NCBI GenBank assembly: GCA_001001345.1 | Contig: LCKI01000003.1 | Span: 4,614 to 68,613 of the forward strand | Direction: 5' to 3' | DNA from: Parcubacteria group bacterium GW2011_GWC1_45_14 | GTDB lineage: Bacteria > Patescibacteriota > Minisyncoccia > Moranbacterales > GWC2-37-73 | DNA: 64,000 nt | Shown here: in pieces, positions 36,993-48,100 of the stretch | Layout: each line of letters begins with the position of its first letter | How positions within the stretch are numbered: position 1 is the stretch's first letter | Made by a program: the position numbers and the translations under genes | The notes under the pieces: model-generated | Told to the model about the DNA's origin: nothing | Databases searched by the model: none | Seen by the model: only the letters and a program-made list of their open reading frames with translations

Positions 36993-37517
36993 TCATTTTT
37001 TCCGGTAAATAACCACGGAATCTCCGATGAAGTCATGAAGCGCCTGCTTCCTTTTCGTGAAAGCCGCGATCAAGTAGCCGATATTGAAAGTCACGGAAGA
37101 AACTATCTTCCCCACGACTTCGCGCATGAGGACCTTTTTGAAAGTGAGTTTCTCGAAATTTTCCGAAACGACCATGAGACCGAAAAGTCTCTTTCCGAGC
37201 GTGTCCTGATATTTGTCCGTCATGAACGCGAAATAGATGAATGAAACGAATGGTATAAGGATCCAACCGACTATAGGGATAAGGACCAAGGAAAAAATGG
37301 CGACCGAAAGTATCAGTCCGTCAATCATGGAAGCGACAAACCTGATCCAAAAGCCGGCATATTTAATTTCCGCCGTCGTCGCCTGCGCTCCTGCTTGGGG
37401 TTGGATAGGAGCTTCGCTCACTGACTGACCCGCGGAAGCGTCGAATTTTTGGGAACCGCATTTATGGCAGAAAGTTCCGCCCTCGGCGATCTGTTCACCG
37501 CAATTGTGACAATACAT
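36993..37517 (-). CDS. Zinc-ribbon plus RDD-family membrane protein
   Basis: MYCHNCG...FCHKCG; YAGFWIRFVASMIDG, TLGK, KQALHD. Confidence 0.9.
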   Translation of the reverse strand: MYCHNCGEQIAEGGTFCHKCGSQKFDASAGQSVSEAPIQPQAGAQATTAEIKYAGFWIRFVASMIDGLILSVAIFSLVLIPIVGWILIPFVSFIYFAFMTDKYQDTLGKRLFGLMVVSENFEKLTFKKVLMREVVGKIVSSVTFNIGYLIAAFTKRKQALHDFIGDSVVIYRKK

Positions 37518-37577
37518 TTTTTTATTGGCTTAAAAATTATTAATCGAAATTTGAAGGGTTCCCATGCTTGTGCTTCC

Positions 37578-37720
37578 ATTTTACCCCCTTTTGAAAAGCT
37601 GGTCTAGCTTCTCAGGCTTTAGCTTTTTAGGGGGGGATAGAAATAGTGTCATCAGTTATCGGTTATCAAAATGCCATATCCAAGCCGAAACCAACGGCTT
37701 TTACGCTCTGAGCCGTTGAA
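37578..37720 (-). repeat. Composite intergenic repeat, copy D
   Basis: TAGACC-17-TAAAAT promoter, heptamers, CAACGGC hairpin. Confidence 0.8.
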
Positions 37721-37747
37721 TTAGGCTTTTTTGGCTATGCTTTTCCC

Positions 37748-37776
37748 TTGACTTTTCCGCTTTAAAATGCTATGCT
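37748..37776 (+). promoter_or_regulatory. Sigma-70 promoter
   Basis: TTGACT-17-TATGCT with extended TG. Confidence 0.6.
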
Positions 37777-37818
37777 TTCCGGAAGTTAACTTGAAAAACT
37801 AACCCAAAGGAGGATGCG

Positions 37819-38307
37819 ATGCCACTGTTCATTTGCAGTACCCATTGCGAAAGCTGTGAGGAAACGGCTACCTGCCCGATGAAAGGACAAGTAGCGACGC
37901 AGACGGCGGAAAAAATCGGGGATCTGCCGGATCCGATCAAGAAGATCATGCTCGCAAAAATCGAAAAGTTGGCCCCCGCGGATTTTTTGGAGTCGACTGA
38001 AATCAGCGTTTTCAATTTTCTCAGCTTGATCAAGTTTCTGCAAAACGACGGCATCGACCTCACCGTCAGCGACATCGCTTTCCGGCTCGAGGATGCCATC
38101 AGCAAAAAGCGTCCAGACATCAAGGATAACGATCTTGCCTTCAAAGAAAAGATACAAGCCATGATCCTGACGGTCGCCCAACGGATTTTCGAATCAGTCA
38201 GCGGAAACTGCCAGCGAGACTGCCGCTCCTGCTATCTCGCCGAGGAGTGCAAACTCCTAAAGGACTTAGTCTCGGTATCCGACAGCGCAAAAAACGGACG
38301 TCCCTGA
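37819..38307 (+). CDS. Hypothetical protein with Cys clusters at both ends
   Basis: AGGAGG SD; CSTHCESC..TC and CQRDCRSC....C. Confidence 0.7.
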   Translation: MPLFICSTHCESCEETATCPMKGQVATQTAEKIGDLPDPIKKIMLAKIEKLAPADFLESTEISVFNFLSLIKFLQNDGIDLTVSDIAFRLEDAISKKRPDIKDNDLAFKEKIQAMILTVAQRIFESVSGNCQRDCRSCYLAEECKLLKDLVSVSDSAKNGRP

Positions 38308-38336
38308 CATTCCAACGAGAAAGAAAGGTGAAAAAA

Positions 38337-38633
38337 ATGGAATATTTCTTTTCATTCCTTCTTGTTCCGACCAATTGCGTGCTCGGAGTCAATATTTTCC
38401 AGCACACCATAAAGACGGTCGGAAACGAGTGGCGCGACAAATTACCCTTCACGGTCTATTCTTCGCTCATGTTACTGGTCGCCCTCGCATGCATGATGCT
38501 TGTGATCGCCTGCTTGTTCAAGGATGAACATTTGCCGGAAGCCTTTAGGATAAACATCCTCATCCTTATCCACCTTGGACTGATACTGTTGTATTGGAAA
38601 AAGCGATACCCATTGCCTACAAAAGGGCAATAA
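38337..38633 (+). CDS. Small three-TM membrane protein
   Basis: GAAAGGTG SD before ATG 38337; hydrophobic segments. Confidence 0.6.
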   Translation: MEYFFSFLLVPTNCVLGVNIFQHTIKTVGNEWRDKLPFTVYSSLMLLVALACMMLVIACLFKDEHLPEAFRINILILIHLGLILLYWKKRYPLPTKGQ

Positions 38634-38741
38634 AACCACCACCCCCTCCCAGGATTTTCTTGGGAGGGGTTTTATTTTATTTTTTACCAAAGAAAAAAGG
38701 CCTTCCGTTCGGAAGGCCCTGTTTGCCAAAATTGGCGGATG

Positions 38742-39164
38742 CTACTTTGAGAATTTCCCGCTTTCGAAATCATCGGCGATATTTTTGAGAAAATCCAATC
38801 TTCTCTTGAGTTCGGGAATATTTTTTTGACTGAATTCCCTTATTTTTTTCCTGCCTTTGAACGGGTCGGTTTTTTGAAGCTCGTTCAAGCTTCCGATCAA
38901 ATCCGCCTGCGTTTGCGCAAAGGATATGTGGGTCTCGATCACGCGCTGGACCCCGAGCCTATCGAAAGCTTCCCTTGATGACTCTTCCTTCATGACCAAA
39001 CATAGCCGTTCAAGCTGGAAACTGATTTCTTCCAAGACGTCTTCCACTCTGTTGATCTCTTGGTGGCCTTTTAGGGACACATAATGTTTTCTAAAGCTTT
39101 GCCACTGGGTTTGCGCACATGCGGCCATGATGCACCCCAGGATGATCAAAATTGAGCCTACCAT
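38742..39164 (-). CDS. Hypothetical protein with N-terminal hydrophobic anchor
   Basis: GGAGG SD before MVGSILIILG. Confidence 0.6.
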   Translation of the reverse strand: MVGSILIILGCIMAACAQTQWQSFRKHYVSLKGHQEINRVEDVLEEISFQLERLCLVMKEESSREAFDRLGVQRVIETHISFAQTQADLIGSLNELQKTDPFKGRKKIREFSQKNIPELKRRLDFLKNIADDFESGKFSK

Positions 39165-39352
39165 ATTCGTCCTCCTTCCGAGGTTTCGGGTTTCAGGTTT
39201 TAATAAATCAAATAACTGAAAAACCATCATACACCCGTCCTTCAAAATTATCAACTCCAATCCAACGGCTTAGGCCGAAAAGTCGTTGAAAAAAGCCGGG
39301 GGTGCGAATCGCACTCCCGGCTGATAGGTTTCCGGATGTTCCGGTCATGTTC

Positions 39353-39946
39353 TCATATGCTGCTGATGTACCCTTCCCGATATTTCACCAGCATGTCTTC
39401 ATATTCGTCGAGCGAATCGACGATAAACTGCTCGATGGCGGAGAACGGAAGGGTCTTCGTTTCAAGATGATGGTCCGTCTGATAGGGCGAATCGCGGACG
39501 GTCCCGTCGACCAGGAATTCGGCCGTGAATTTTTTGGCGCCCGGATCCACGCTGATGATCTTACCGGATATCGCATGATAAAATCCCCTGGATACCCGCA
39601 CCCACTCGCCGATCTTCGGACGGAAGATCGCACCGCTCAGCAGTTCTTTGAACTTATTGCCGATGTTGTCAGGAAACTTTCTGGTGAGATCACGGACTTT
39701 TTCGCAAATATCCTTCCGCTCCTGTCCGGAAAATTCCGATTCCTCAAGCTTTTTGCAGGCCAGTTGGAATTTAGACAAAAGCCTGTTAAGAGTTTCCATG
39801 TTGGCGAGCCAATCCCTCTCGCTTTCCAAGTCAAAAGGAAATTCCTTGAAGTTCATCTCCCACAAAGGCCTTCTGGTCTCCTCGATGCAATCGCGCGCCA
39901 ATGCCAAAATCGCCTCCAGCCGGTTTCCGATCTCATGCTTCTTCAT
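39353..39946 (-). CDS. Hypothetical protein
   Basis: GGGAGG SD before MKKHEIGNRL. Confidence 0.6.
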   Translation of the reverse strand: MKKHEIGNRLEAILALARDCIEETRRPLWEMNFKEFPFDLESERDWLANMETLNRLLSKFQLACKKLEESEFSGQERKDICEKVRDLTRKFPDNIGNKFKELLSGAIFRPKIGEWVRVSRGFYHAISGKIISVDPGAKKFTAEFLVDGTVRDSPYQTDHHLETKTLPFSAIEQFIVDSLDEYEDMLVKYREGYISSI

Positions 39947-40142
39947 CTCGATATCCTCCCTTGGTTGATTTTCAAGTTGCTGCCGATAAGTCCCAATTTT
40001 AGCAACTGCGCGGATTTCGTCAAGAAGCGAGGAGCTGCCACCACACGAAGGAAACCGCACCATAGCCGAAGTTCAAATCTTCGGACTGAAAGAAAAAGGC
40101 CGGGAAGATTCCCAGCCTCATCGGATCAAACATGAAAAAACA

Positions 40143-40349
40143 TTATGGCCAAACTTGTAAAATGTCCGCGGTTTCCTGCCGTTCTTTTGCCAGACAGCCG
40201 CACGCATCTCCGCAAACGGCGGATCCGCAGCAGCCCTTCCCGCTTTTCCTCGCCTCCGCCACTTCGAACGCATGGCGGACGAAATCGTCATCAACCGAAA
40301 CCAAAACGTTGCCTCCGGCTCCTATCTCTTTCGCGCATTTTTGGCACAT
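40143..40349 (-). CDS. Small Cys-rich protein
   Basis: AGGAGG SD; CQKC...GCCGSAVCGDACGC. Confidence 0.55.
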   Translation of the reverse strand: MCQKCAKEIGAGGNVLVSVDDDFVRHAFEVAEARKSGKGCCGSAVCGDACGCLAKERQETADILQVWP

Positions 40350-40372
40350 AATCTCCTCCTTGTTTTTTCCGC

Positions 40373-40603
40373 TTAGTCCATATCCCACGCTTGAAACATG
40401 CTGATTATATCCGGATGATGCTTCCAGGACACCAGACAACTTTCAAGATTAGAGACAATTCTCCAGGGAATCAGCAAACAATCGATGATCGTTTCTTTCA
40501 CTATGGCACATTTCTTTTTCGAATCCTCCATGCTCAGAAAGAAAGTCAGCGTCACGCTTGCGAGAATAATAAAAACCAATATATCCATAAACTGTCCTAT
40601 CAT
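40373..40603 (-). CDS. Small membrane protein
   Basis: AGGAGG SD; N-terminal TM; ATGA overlap with the upstream ORF. Confidence 0.5.
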   Translation of the reverse strand: MIGQFMDILVFIILASVTLTFFLSMEDSKKKCAIVKETIIDCLLIPWRIVSNLESCLVSWKHHPDIISMFQAWDMD

Positions 40604-40770
40604 GGCCGTCCTCCTTTTTTGAAAAGCAAATTAAACTGCCTAGCAACCTCCCTGATATTGTTCCAAAGCGGATATCTGCGCCCATCGACCCAGTTGGTGA
40701 ACATTCCCCAGGCCAATGCGGCCAAAAGCAATAAAAACAAAATCATGATGTCGTTATTGGGAATACCCAT
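40600..40770 (-). CDS. Small membrane protein (56 aa, not in the ORF track)
   Basis: Manual translation MGIPNNDIMILFLLLLAALAWGMFTNW...KKGGRP; AAGGAG SD; stop overlaps the next ATG. Confidence 0.55.
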   Translation of the reverse strand: MGIPNNDIMILFLLLLAALAWGMFTNWVDGRRYPLWNNIREVARQFNLLFKKGGRP

Positions 40771-40911
40771 AGCTCTCTCCTTCCCTTTTATTGTTAAAGA
40801 AAATTGAAAACTCCTGTTGCCTCCATATTAACCCCTTTTTACCTACAGTTCAAGCGAGGAATAAGCGCTACCGGCCATCAGTTATCCGTTATCAAAAATA
40901 TGGACCTTTCC

Positions 40912-40940
40912 TTGACTTTTAGGCTGAAATCTGCTATAAT
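40912..40940 (+). promoter_or_regulatory. Strong sigma-70 promoter
   Basis: TTGACT-17-TATAAT with extended TG. Confidence 0.75.
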
Positions 40941-41033
40941 AGATTATTGGAACTTAACAACCGCCTAGCGCGTTTTTTGGCTATACATAGCCCGATACCA
41001 ATTACAGGATCGACAACCTAAGGGAGGAAAGAA

Positions 41034-41219
41034 ATGAGAGGACACCTAACAGATGCGGAATTGATGGCCCACCGCTTCAATAAGGATGAGGACGGCAAGC
41101 CGCTACTTTCGGACAGCGAGGTCAACTGGGTGTCCAGCCATCTACTGGACTGCCCGGAATGCCTTGAGCGGAGCGAGGCTCTGGCCGAAGAAAGACTCGC
41201 TTCCAAAACCCCGACCTGA
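41034..41219 (+). CDS. Stand-alone zf-HC2/ZAS-like zinc-finger protein
   Basis: GGAGG SD; HLTDAEL...HLLDCPEC (HxxxCxxC). Confidence 0.7.
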   Translation: MRGHLTDAELMAHRFNKDEDGKPLLSDSEVNWVSSHLLDCPECLERSEALAEERLASKTPT

Positions 41220-41454
41220 GAACGCCAGGCCGACAGAAAAAGAAAAGCCTCTCGGACTTCCGCGGGGCTTTTTTCTTTGGAAAAAACTTGAGAAAAAAAT
41301 ATCACGCAAAACAAAAAACGCCCCGCATATCGCGGAGCGTTTTTTAAAGTTGTTTCCCCTAACCCATTAGTCATTAAAGCAATGAAGCATGAAAACATAA
41401 AAGCGGTAATGCCATGGGATTTTTTAAAACGATGCTTTTCTCAATAACAATAAA

Positions 41455-41517
41455 CCTATCTCCTGACACCTAAAACCTAACGACTGAAAACTAGAAACTA
41501 AAAACTAAAAACTGTTC
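41455..41517. repeat. Degenerate heptamer tandem repeat (9 units, MCTRnnn) after the rpoC stop
   Basis: CCTATCT CCTGACA CCTAAAA CCTAACG ACTGAAA ACTAGAA ACTAAAA ACTAAAA ACTGTTC. Confidence 0.7.
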
Positions 41518-44500
41518 CTATTTTCCGATTTCGCGGTAACCCGTTCCCGCAGGAATGAGCCGTCCGATAATCACGTTCTCCTTAAGTCCCCTGAGCTTGT
41601 CGTCTTTTCCGGTAACCGCGGCGTTGATCAGAACGCGGGCGGTCTCTTGGAAGGACGCGGCTGAAAGGAAGGATTCGGTCGAAAGGGCGACCTTGGTGAT
41701 TCCCATGATCAATTCCTCTCCTGCAGCCGACTCGCCTTTCTGAGCAAGAGCTTCCACGTTGGATTCGTTGAACTGGTCCTTCTCAACGATGTCTCCCGGG
41801 ATAAGGTCGGTGTCTCCGGCTTCGATAATCTTGATCCTTGAGAACATCTGGCGGATGATCACTTCGATATGCTTGTCATTGATTCCCTCTCCCTGCGCAG
41901 CATAGATCTCCTGGATTTCCTTGACGATATATCTTTGGACTTCCTGCCTTCCCATCGTTTCATAGAGCTTCTTGAGATCGATATGTCCTTCGTTGAACTG
42001 GGTTCCCTTGCCGATGAGCTGACCTTTCTCGACGGTCAAAGAGGTTTCGGCCGGCACTTGGAATTCCTTGATTTCGGAATTCTTGCCCTGCGTCTCGACT
42101 TTGATCGTGATGGTCTTCTTGTTCTCGTCGATAATTTCGAGAATCTTGCCGTCTACGTCCGAGATGACCGATTCACCTTTCGGAGGCCTGTTTTCGAAAA
42201 TTTCCTCGACACGCGGGAGACCCTGGGTGATGTCCGATCCCGCGACACCTCCGATATGGAAGGTACGCATCGTCAGCTGTGTTCCCGGCTCACCGATCGC
42301 CTGGGCGGCGACGATTCCCACTGCCTGTCCGGTCTGAACGATCTCCGATCTTCCGAGGTCCACGCCGTAGCATTTCTTGCAGATTCCTCTTTTGGTCTTG
42401 CAAGTAACGACGCTTCGGATCTTGAGCTGAGGTATGTTGGCTTCTTCGATTTTCTTGGCATCGGCCTTTTCAACCAAGGCGTTCTTCTTGATGATGACTT
42501 CTCCTGTCTTCGGATCAACCACGTTCTCGGCGACATATCTTCCTTCGATCCTCGGAGCGAACGATAGTCCGATCCTGTCGGAATCAGCCTTGTATAGGTA
42601 TGCTCCTTCTTTGTCTCCACAATCATCCTCGCGCACGATGATGTCCTGGGAAACGTCAACCAAACGCCTAGTGAGGTATCCGGCAGTCGCCGTTCGAAGG
42701 GCGGTGTCGGCCATACCTTTTCGGGCTCCATGGGTAGAAATGAAGTATTCCAACACGTTGAATCCTTCCTTGAAAGAGCTTTTGACAGGGAGCTCGATGG
42801 TTTCTCCGGTAGGACCGGCCACCAAACCTTTCATACCCATCATCTGCACCACTACGGATTCGGATCCCCTAGCTTTGGAGTGGACCATGGTATACACCGG
42901 TCCTTCCTTGTCCAAGGATTTCTTCACCGCGTCGGCGATGATGTTCTTAGCTCTGTTCCAAACTTCGATGACCCTGTTTTTCCTTTCCTCATTAGTGAGG
43001 AGTCCCATATTGTATTGGTCATTGATCAGTTCGACGTCCTTCTCGGCTTTCTCAATAGCTTCTTTCTTCTCGGCAGGAACTTTGAGGTCGTCCATTCCCC
43101 AACTGATTCCGGATTTCTTGGCGAAATCGAAACCGAGTTTTTTGATCCTATCGATGAATTTGGCTGTTTCCTCCTGTCCTTTGAGGGCGAGCATCTTGGC
43201 AACCAGGACCTTGATGTCCTTGGCGGTCAATTCTTCGTTTAGGTATCTGAGTTCTTCCGGCAAAATGTCGTTCAGGATGATCCTTCCGGCTGAGGTCTCG
43301 ATCACCGATCCTTCGTAATCCAATTTGATCTTGGCATTGATGGCGATGACGTCGTTCTGGTAAGCCAGAATGGCCTCGTTCATAGAAGCGAATATTTTCC
43401 CTTCGCCTTTGACTCCGTCCTTGGTATGGGTGATGTAATAGACTCCCAACACGATATCCTTGGAAGGAACCGCGATAGGCTCTCCGGAAGCAGGCTTGAG
43501 AAGGTTCTTGGATGAAAGCATCAAGTTCTTGCTTTCTTCACGGGCCTTGTCAGTCAGCGGAACATGCACGGCCATTTGGTCTCCATCGAAGTCGGCATTG
43601 AAAGCGGCGCAGACCATCGGGTGGACCTGGATAGCTTTTCCTTCGATAAGTACTGGCTGGAAAGCCTGGATCGAAAGCCTGTGAAGCGTCGGTGCGCGGT
43701 TAAGCAGCACGTAGTGATGTTCGATTATCTGGTCGAGGATTTCATAGGCTTCTTCCGCTTCGGCGTCCACCATCCTTCCGGCGGTCCTCACGTTGTGTGC
43801 GTATTCTTTCTCGATCAGCTTATTGATGATGAACGGCTTGAAAAGCTCCAACGCCATTTTCTTCGGAAGTCCGGCCTGGTGCAGCTTAAGCTGCGGTCCG
43901 ACCACGATAACGGATCGCCCTGAATAGTCGACGCGTTTTCCAAGAAGGTTCTGCCTGAATCTTCCCTGTTTTCCTTTGAGGGCGTCAGCAAGAGAACGCA
44001 GGGCTCTTCTTTGTCCTGTCGAAGCGGCTACTGAGGCCTGTCCTTTTCTGGCGCTGTTGTCAAAGAGGGCGTCCACAGCTTCCTGGAGCATCCTTTTTTC
44101 GTTTCTGGTGATGACTTCAGGAGCTCCGAGGTCGATGAGTTTTTTCAAACGGTTGTTCCTGTTGATGATCCTTCGGTAAAGGTCGTTCAAATCGGAAGTC
44201 GCGAAGCGTCCTCCGTCCAAAGCTACCATCGGGCGAAGATCCGGCGGGATGACAGGGATAGCTGTCGGAAGCATCCATTCGAGATGGAGTCCTGATTTCT
44301 TGAATCCCTGGTAAAGCTTCATCCTTTTGAGAACCTTCTTCTTGTCGACGATATCCTCGTTGTCGATCTCCTTCTTGAGTTCGACGATCGTCTTGTCGAC
44401 GTCAGTCTTTTCCAAAATGGACCTGACCGCTTCGGCTCCGATTCCGGCGGTGAAAACCTGTCCGAATCTCATGGAAAGATTGAAGTATTCCAATTCGGAA

Positions 44501-45105
44501 AGGATCTGCATCGGGCGAAGGCTCTTGAGATCGTCCTTGATTCCCCTGAACTGCTCTTTGAGTTCTTCCAAAGCTTTCTCCAATTCCTTGCTGTCGGCTT
44601 TGGCTGATTTTACTTCCTTCTGCTTGTTCTTATATTCTGATTCCAACTGATCCAAAACGGATTCGCGGGCTTCTTCATCGACATCCTTCACGATATATGA
44701 AGAGAAGTAAACGACTTTCTCAAGTTCCATCAGCGAGATACCCAAGGCGAGGCCGATCCTGGACGGAACACCCCTCAAAAACCAAATATGGGAAACAGGC
44801 ACGGCCAATTTGATGTGCCCCATCCTTTCGCGCCTAACAATCGAGCGGGTAACTTCCACTCCGCATTTGTCGCAGACGATCCCTTTGTAACGGATCCTTT
44901 TGTATTTTCCGCAATAACACTCCCAGTCCTTCGAAGGTCCGAAGATCTTCTCACAGAAAAGTCCGTCTTTTTCATACCTCTGCGTCCTGTAGTTGATAGT
45001 TTCAGGCTTGGTAATTTCGCCGTGCGACCAGTTCATGATCTCCTCCGGGCTCGCCAGCTTGAGCTTCACACTATTGAAGTCACTTACCTTGGTGATATTT
45101 TCCAT
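41518..45105 (-). CDS. rpoC: RNA polymerase beta' subunit
   Basis: [34 protein letters not shown]. Confidence 0.99.
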   Translation of the reverse strand: MENITKVSDFNSVKLKLASPEEIMNWSHGEITKPETINYRTQRYEKDGLFCEKIFGPSKDWECYCGKYKRIRYKGIVCDKCGVEVTRSIVRRERMGHIKLAVPVSHIWFLRGVPSRIGLALGISLMELEKVVYFSSYIVKDVDEEARESVLDQLESEYKNKQKEVKSAKADSKELEKALEELKEQFRGIKDDLKSLRPMQILSELEYFNLSMRFGQVFTAGIGAEAVRSILEKTDVDKTIVELKKEIDNEDIVDKKKVLKRMKLYQGFKKSGLHLEWMLPTAIPVIPPDLRPMVALDGGRFATSDLNDLYRRIINRNNRLKKLIDLGAPEVITRNEKRMLQEAVDALFDNSARKGQASVAASTGQRRALRSLADALKGKQGRFRQNLLGKRVDYSGRSVIVVGPQLKLHQAGLPKKMALELFKPFIINKLIEKEYAHNVRTAGRMVDAEAEEAYEILDQIIEHHYVLLNRAPTLHRLSIQAFQPVLIEGKAIQVHPMVCAAFNADFDGDQMAVHVPLTDKAREESKNLMLSSKNLLKPASGEPIAVPSKDIVLGVYYITHTKDGVKGEGKIFASMNEAILAYQNDVIAINAKIKLDYEGSVIETSAGRIILNDILPEELRYLNEELTAKDIKVLVAKMLALKGQEETAKFIDRIKKLGFDFAKKSGISWGMDDLKVPAEKKEAIEKAEKDVELINDQYNMGLLTNEERKNRVIEVWNRAKNIIADAVKKSLDKEGPVYTMVHSKARGSESVVVQMMGMKGLVAGPTGETIELPVKSSFKEGFNVLEYFISTHGARKGMADTALRTATAGYLTRRLVDVSQDIIVREDDCGDKEGAYLYKADSDRIGLSFAPRIEGRYVAENVVDPKTGEVIIKKNALVEKADAKKIEEANIPQLKIRSVVTCKTKRGICKKCYGVDLGRSEIVQTGQAVGIVAAQAIGEPGTQLTMRTFHIGGVAGSDITQGLPRVEEIFENRPPKGESVISDVDGKILEIIDENKKTITIKVETQGKNSEIKEFQVPAETSLTVEKGQLIGKGTQFNEGHIDLKKLYETMGRQEVQRYIVKEIQEIYAAQGEGINDKHIEVIIRQMFSRIKIIEAGDTDLIPGDIVEKDQFNESNVEALAQKGESAAGEELIMGITKVALSTESFLSAASFQETARVLINAAVTGKDDKLRGLKENVIIGRLIPAGTGYREIGK

Positions 45106-45163
45106 AATGTTATTAAACTTAAGATTTTTACGAAGTTATTTAATGTTGGAATGCTTAGCCCTG

Positions 45164-48100
45164 TTAGATCTGGTCGATGTCAACTGCCGTCTTCGGTTCG
45201 TCTTCATCCTCTTCTTCACTGACCAAAGATCCGACTAATTCCACATCCAAACATAGTCCCTTAAGTTCATTAACGAGCACGTGGAACGACGCTGGTATGT
45301 TCGGACTCTTGATAGGTTCTCCCTTGATGATGGATTCATATGCTTTCGATCTTCCAAGGACGTCGTCCGATTTGATCGTGAGCATTTCCTGCAAGGTGTA
45401 AGCGGCTCCGTATCCTTCGAGCGCCCACACTTCCATTTCTCCGAACCTCTGTCCTCCGAACTGGGCCTTTCCTCCGAGAGGCTGCTGGGTGATGAGGGAG
45501 TATGGTCCGATCGAGCGCATATGTATCTTGTCTTCAACCAAGTGGTTCAGTTTCATGACATACATCACTCCGACCGTTACCTCGTTATCGAAATATTCTC
45601 CGGTTCTTCCGTCGATGAGTCTTGATTTTCCGTTCTCGGAAAGTCCGGCTTTCTTGAGTTCTTCCTTGATGTCCTCTTCAGTCACACCGTCCAGAGCTGG
45701 GGTAGCGGCCTTGTATCCAAGGTGGAGCGCCGCCCAACCAAGATGGGTTTCCAAAATCTGTCCGATGTTCATACGGCTGACGACTCCGAGCGGGTTCAAA
45801 ATGACATCCACCGGTCTTCCGTCCGGAAGGTGCGGCATGTCTTCGATAGGCGCTATCCTTGAGATAACACCTTTGTTTCCGTGTCGTCCGGCCAATTTGT
45901 CTCCGACGGAGACTTTTCTCAGCTGAGCAATGGAAACTTGGATCTGCTTGATGACTCCGGTCGAAAGCTTGTCTCCCTGCTCTCTGGAAAGGATCTTGAT
46001 GTCGACGATCTTTCCTTTCTCTCCATGAGGAAGGTAGAGTGAAGAATCCTTCACGTCTTTGGACTTCTCTCCGAAGATGGCTCGGAGCAATCTTTCTTCC
46101 GGGGTGAGGTCTCCCTCTCCCTTGGGAGTGATCTTTCCGACCAGGATGTCTCCTGATGAAACTTCCGCTCCGATCCTGATGATTCCGGTCTCGTCGAGGT
46201 TTTTCAATCTTTCCTCTCCGATGTTCGGGATGTCCCTCGTCACGACCTCCGGTCCAAGCTTCGTGTCTCGCACGTCTATCGAGAAATCCTCGATATGGAT
46301 CGAACTGTATCTGTCTTCATGCAAAAGTCTTTCTGAAAGGATGATGGCATCTTCATAGTTGTATCCTTCCCAAGAAACGAAAGCGACGACGGCGTTCTGT
46401 CCGAGCGCCAACTCTCCGTTGTCAGTGGCGGCCCCATCGGCAAGAAGCTGTCCTTTCTTCACTATCTGTCCTTTTTCCACTCTCGGCGACTGGCTCATGG
46501 AAGTGAAGGCGTTCGATTTCTGGAAAGACAGCAGGTTATATGTCCTCTTGAAATAATCTTTTTTAGCTCCGGCCGGGGCTTTTTCTTTGACCACGACATG
46601 GGCGGCGTCCACTTCGACGACTTCTCCGTCATTCATCGCCAAAACCACCTGACCTGAGTCAGCGGCAGCTTTGTCCTCGATTCCTGTTCCTACGATCGGA
46701 GACTGCGGAACGATACAAGGCACGGCCTGGCGCTGCATGTTCGATCCCATCAAAGCTCGGTTGGCATCGTCGTGCTCGATGAAAGGAATGAGCGAGGTCG
46801 CGACCGAGATGCACTGCTTGGCGGAAACGTCGAGATAATCCAACTTGGTGGACTCGATCATTCCAGGATGCCCTTTGATCCTGGCTTCCACGAACTCATC
46901 GGCGATGTTCCTGTTGTCGTCAAGATTGATCGTCGCATGCGCGATGACCATCCTGTCTTCCACAGTCGCGTTGATGTAGTCGATCTGTTCGATTATATAT
47001 GGTTTTACTTTGACGTTTTCTTTTTTCTCCTTGGCGATCTTCTTAGCCAATTCCTCGGAAACTTTCTCTCCGACTTTTCCTCCGGCGATTTCCTCGTTCA
47101 AAATCCTTCCGACCAAAAGTTCCGCTTTCGGCTCAACCTCATGCATCACCTTGATATAGGGAGTTTCCAAAAATCCGAATTCGTTGATCCTGGCGTAAGT
47201 TGCCATGTGTCCCACCAAACCGATGTTCGGTCCTTCAGGAGTCTCAATAGGACAGATCCTTCCGTAATGGGAATAGTGGACGTCGCGGACTTCAAAGCCA
47301 GCCCTTTCGCGGGTAAGTCCTCCCGGTCCCATCGCTGAAAGCCTTCTTTTGTGCTCAAGCTCGGCCAAAGGATTGACCTGGTCCATGAACTGCGAAAGCT
47401 GCGAAGATGAGAAGAATTCTTTGATAGCGGCGGCTACGGGCCTCGAGTTCACCAATTGTCCCGGAAGCACGGTCGCTACGTCGCAAGTACTCATCCTGTC
47501 CTTGATGTTCCTGCTCATTCTGGCCATACCGACCCTGAGCTTGTTCTGGATAAGCTCGCCGACTCCCCTGACTCTCCTGTTTCCAAGATGGTCTATATCG
47601 TCAGGCAAAGCGTTCGGATCATTGTTGAGTCGGATGATTTCCCTGATGACCAAAATGAGGTCGTCAAGGCGAAGGATTCTGTTTTCCTCATTGTCTTCCC
47701 TCTCGACGGTGAGCCTCTGGTTCATGCGGTACCTTCCGACGCTGCCGAAGTCATATTTCTCAAAATTGAAGAACATCGAATCGATCAGCTGCTTGGCGTT
47801 CTCCTCGGTCGCCAAATCTCCCGGCCTGATCCTTTTGTATATTTCCTTATATCCCTCTCCCTGGCTCTTGGTTATATCTTTGGCGATCGTAGTCTCGATG
47901 TAATTCACTTCTCCCTTGTCGATGTCGGCGAACTCCTGAATGATCTGCTCATCCGAGCTCATTCCGAAAGCTCGAAGCAGCGCCGTTACCGGAATCTTTC
48001 TCTTGCGATCGATTCTCACGTTGATGACGCCGGCGATGTCGGTGTCGATTTCAAGCCACGCTCCCCTATTAGGGATAAGTTTGGATCCGAAAAGCTTCTT

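Noticed and set aside
26831-37720. Integron attC cassette array
   Set aside because: No integrase in the window and no clear RYYYAAC/GTTRRRY box pairs; repeats sit upstream of genes and carry promoters
37748-41219. Prophage remnant
   Set aside because: No integrase, structural or replication genes recognised
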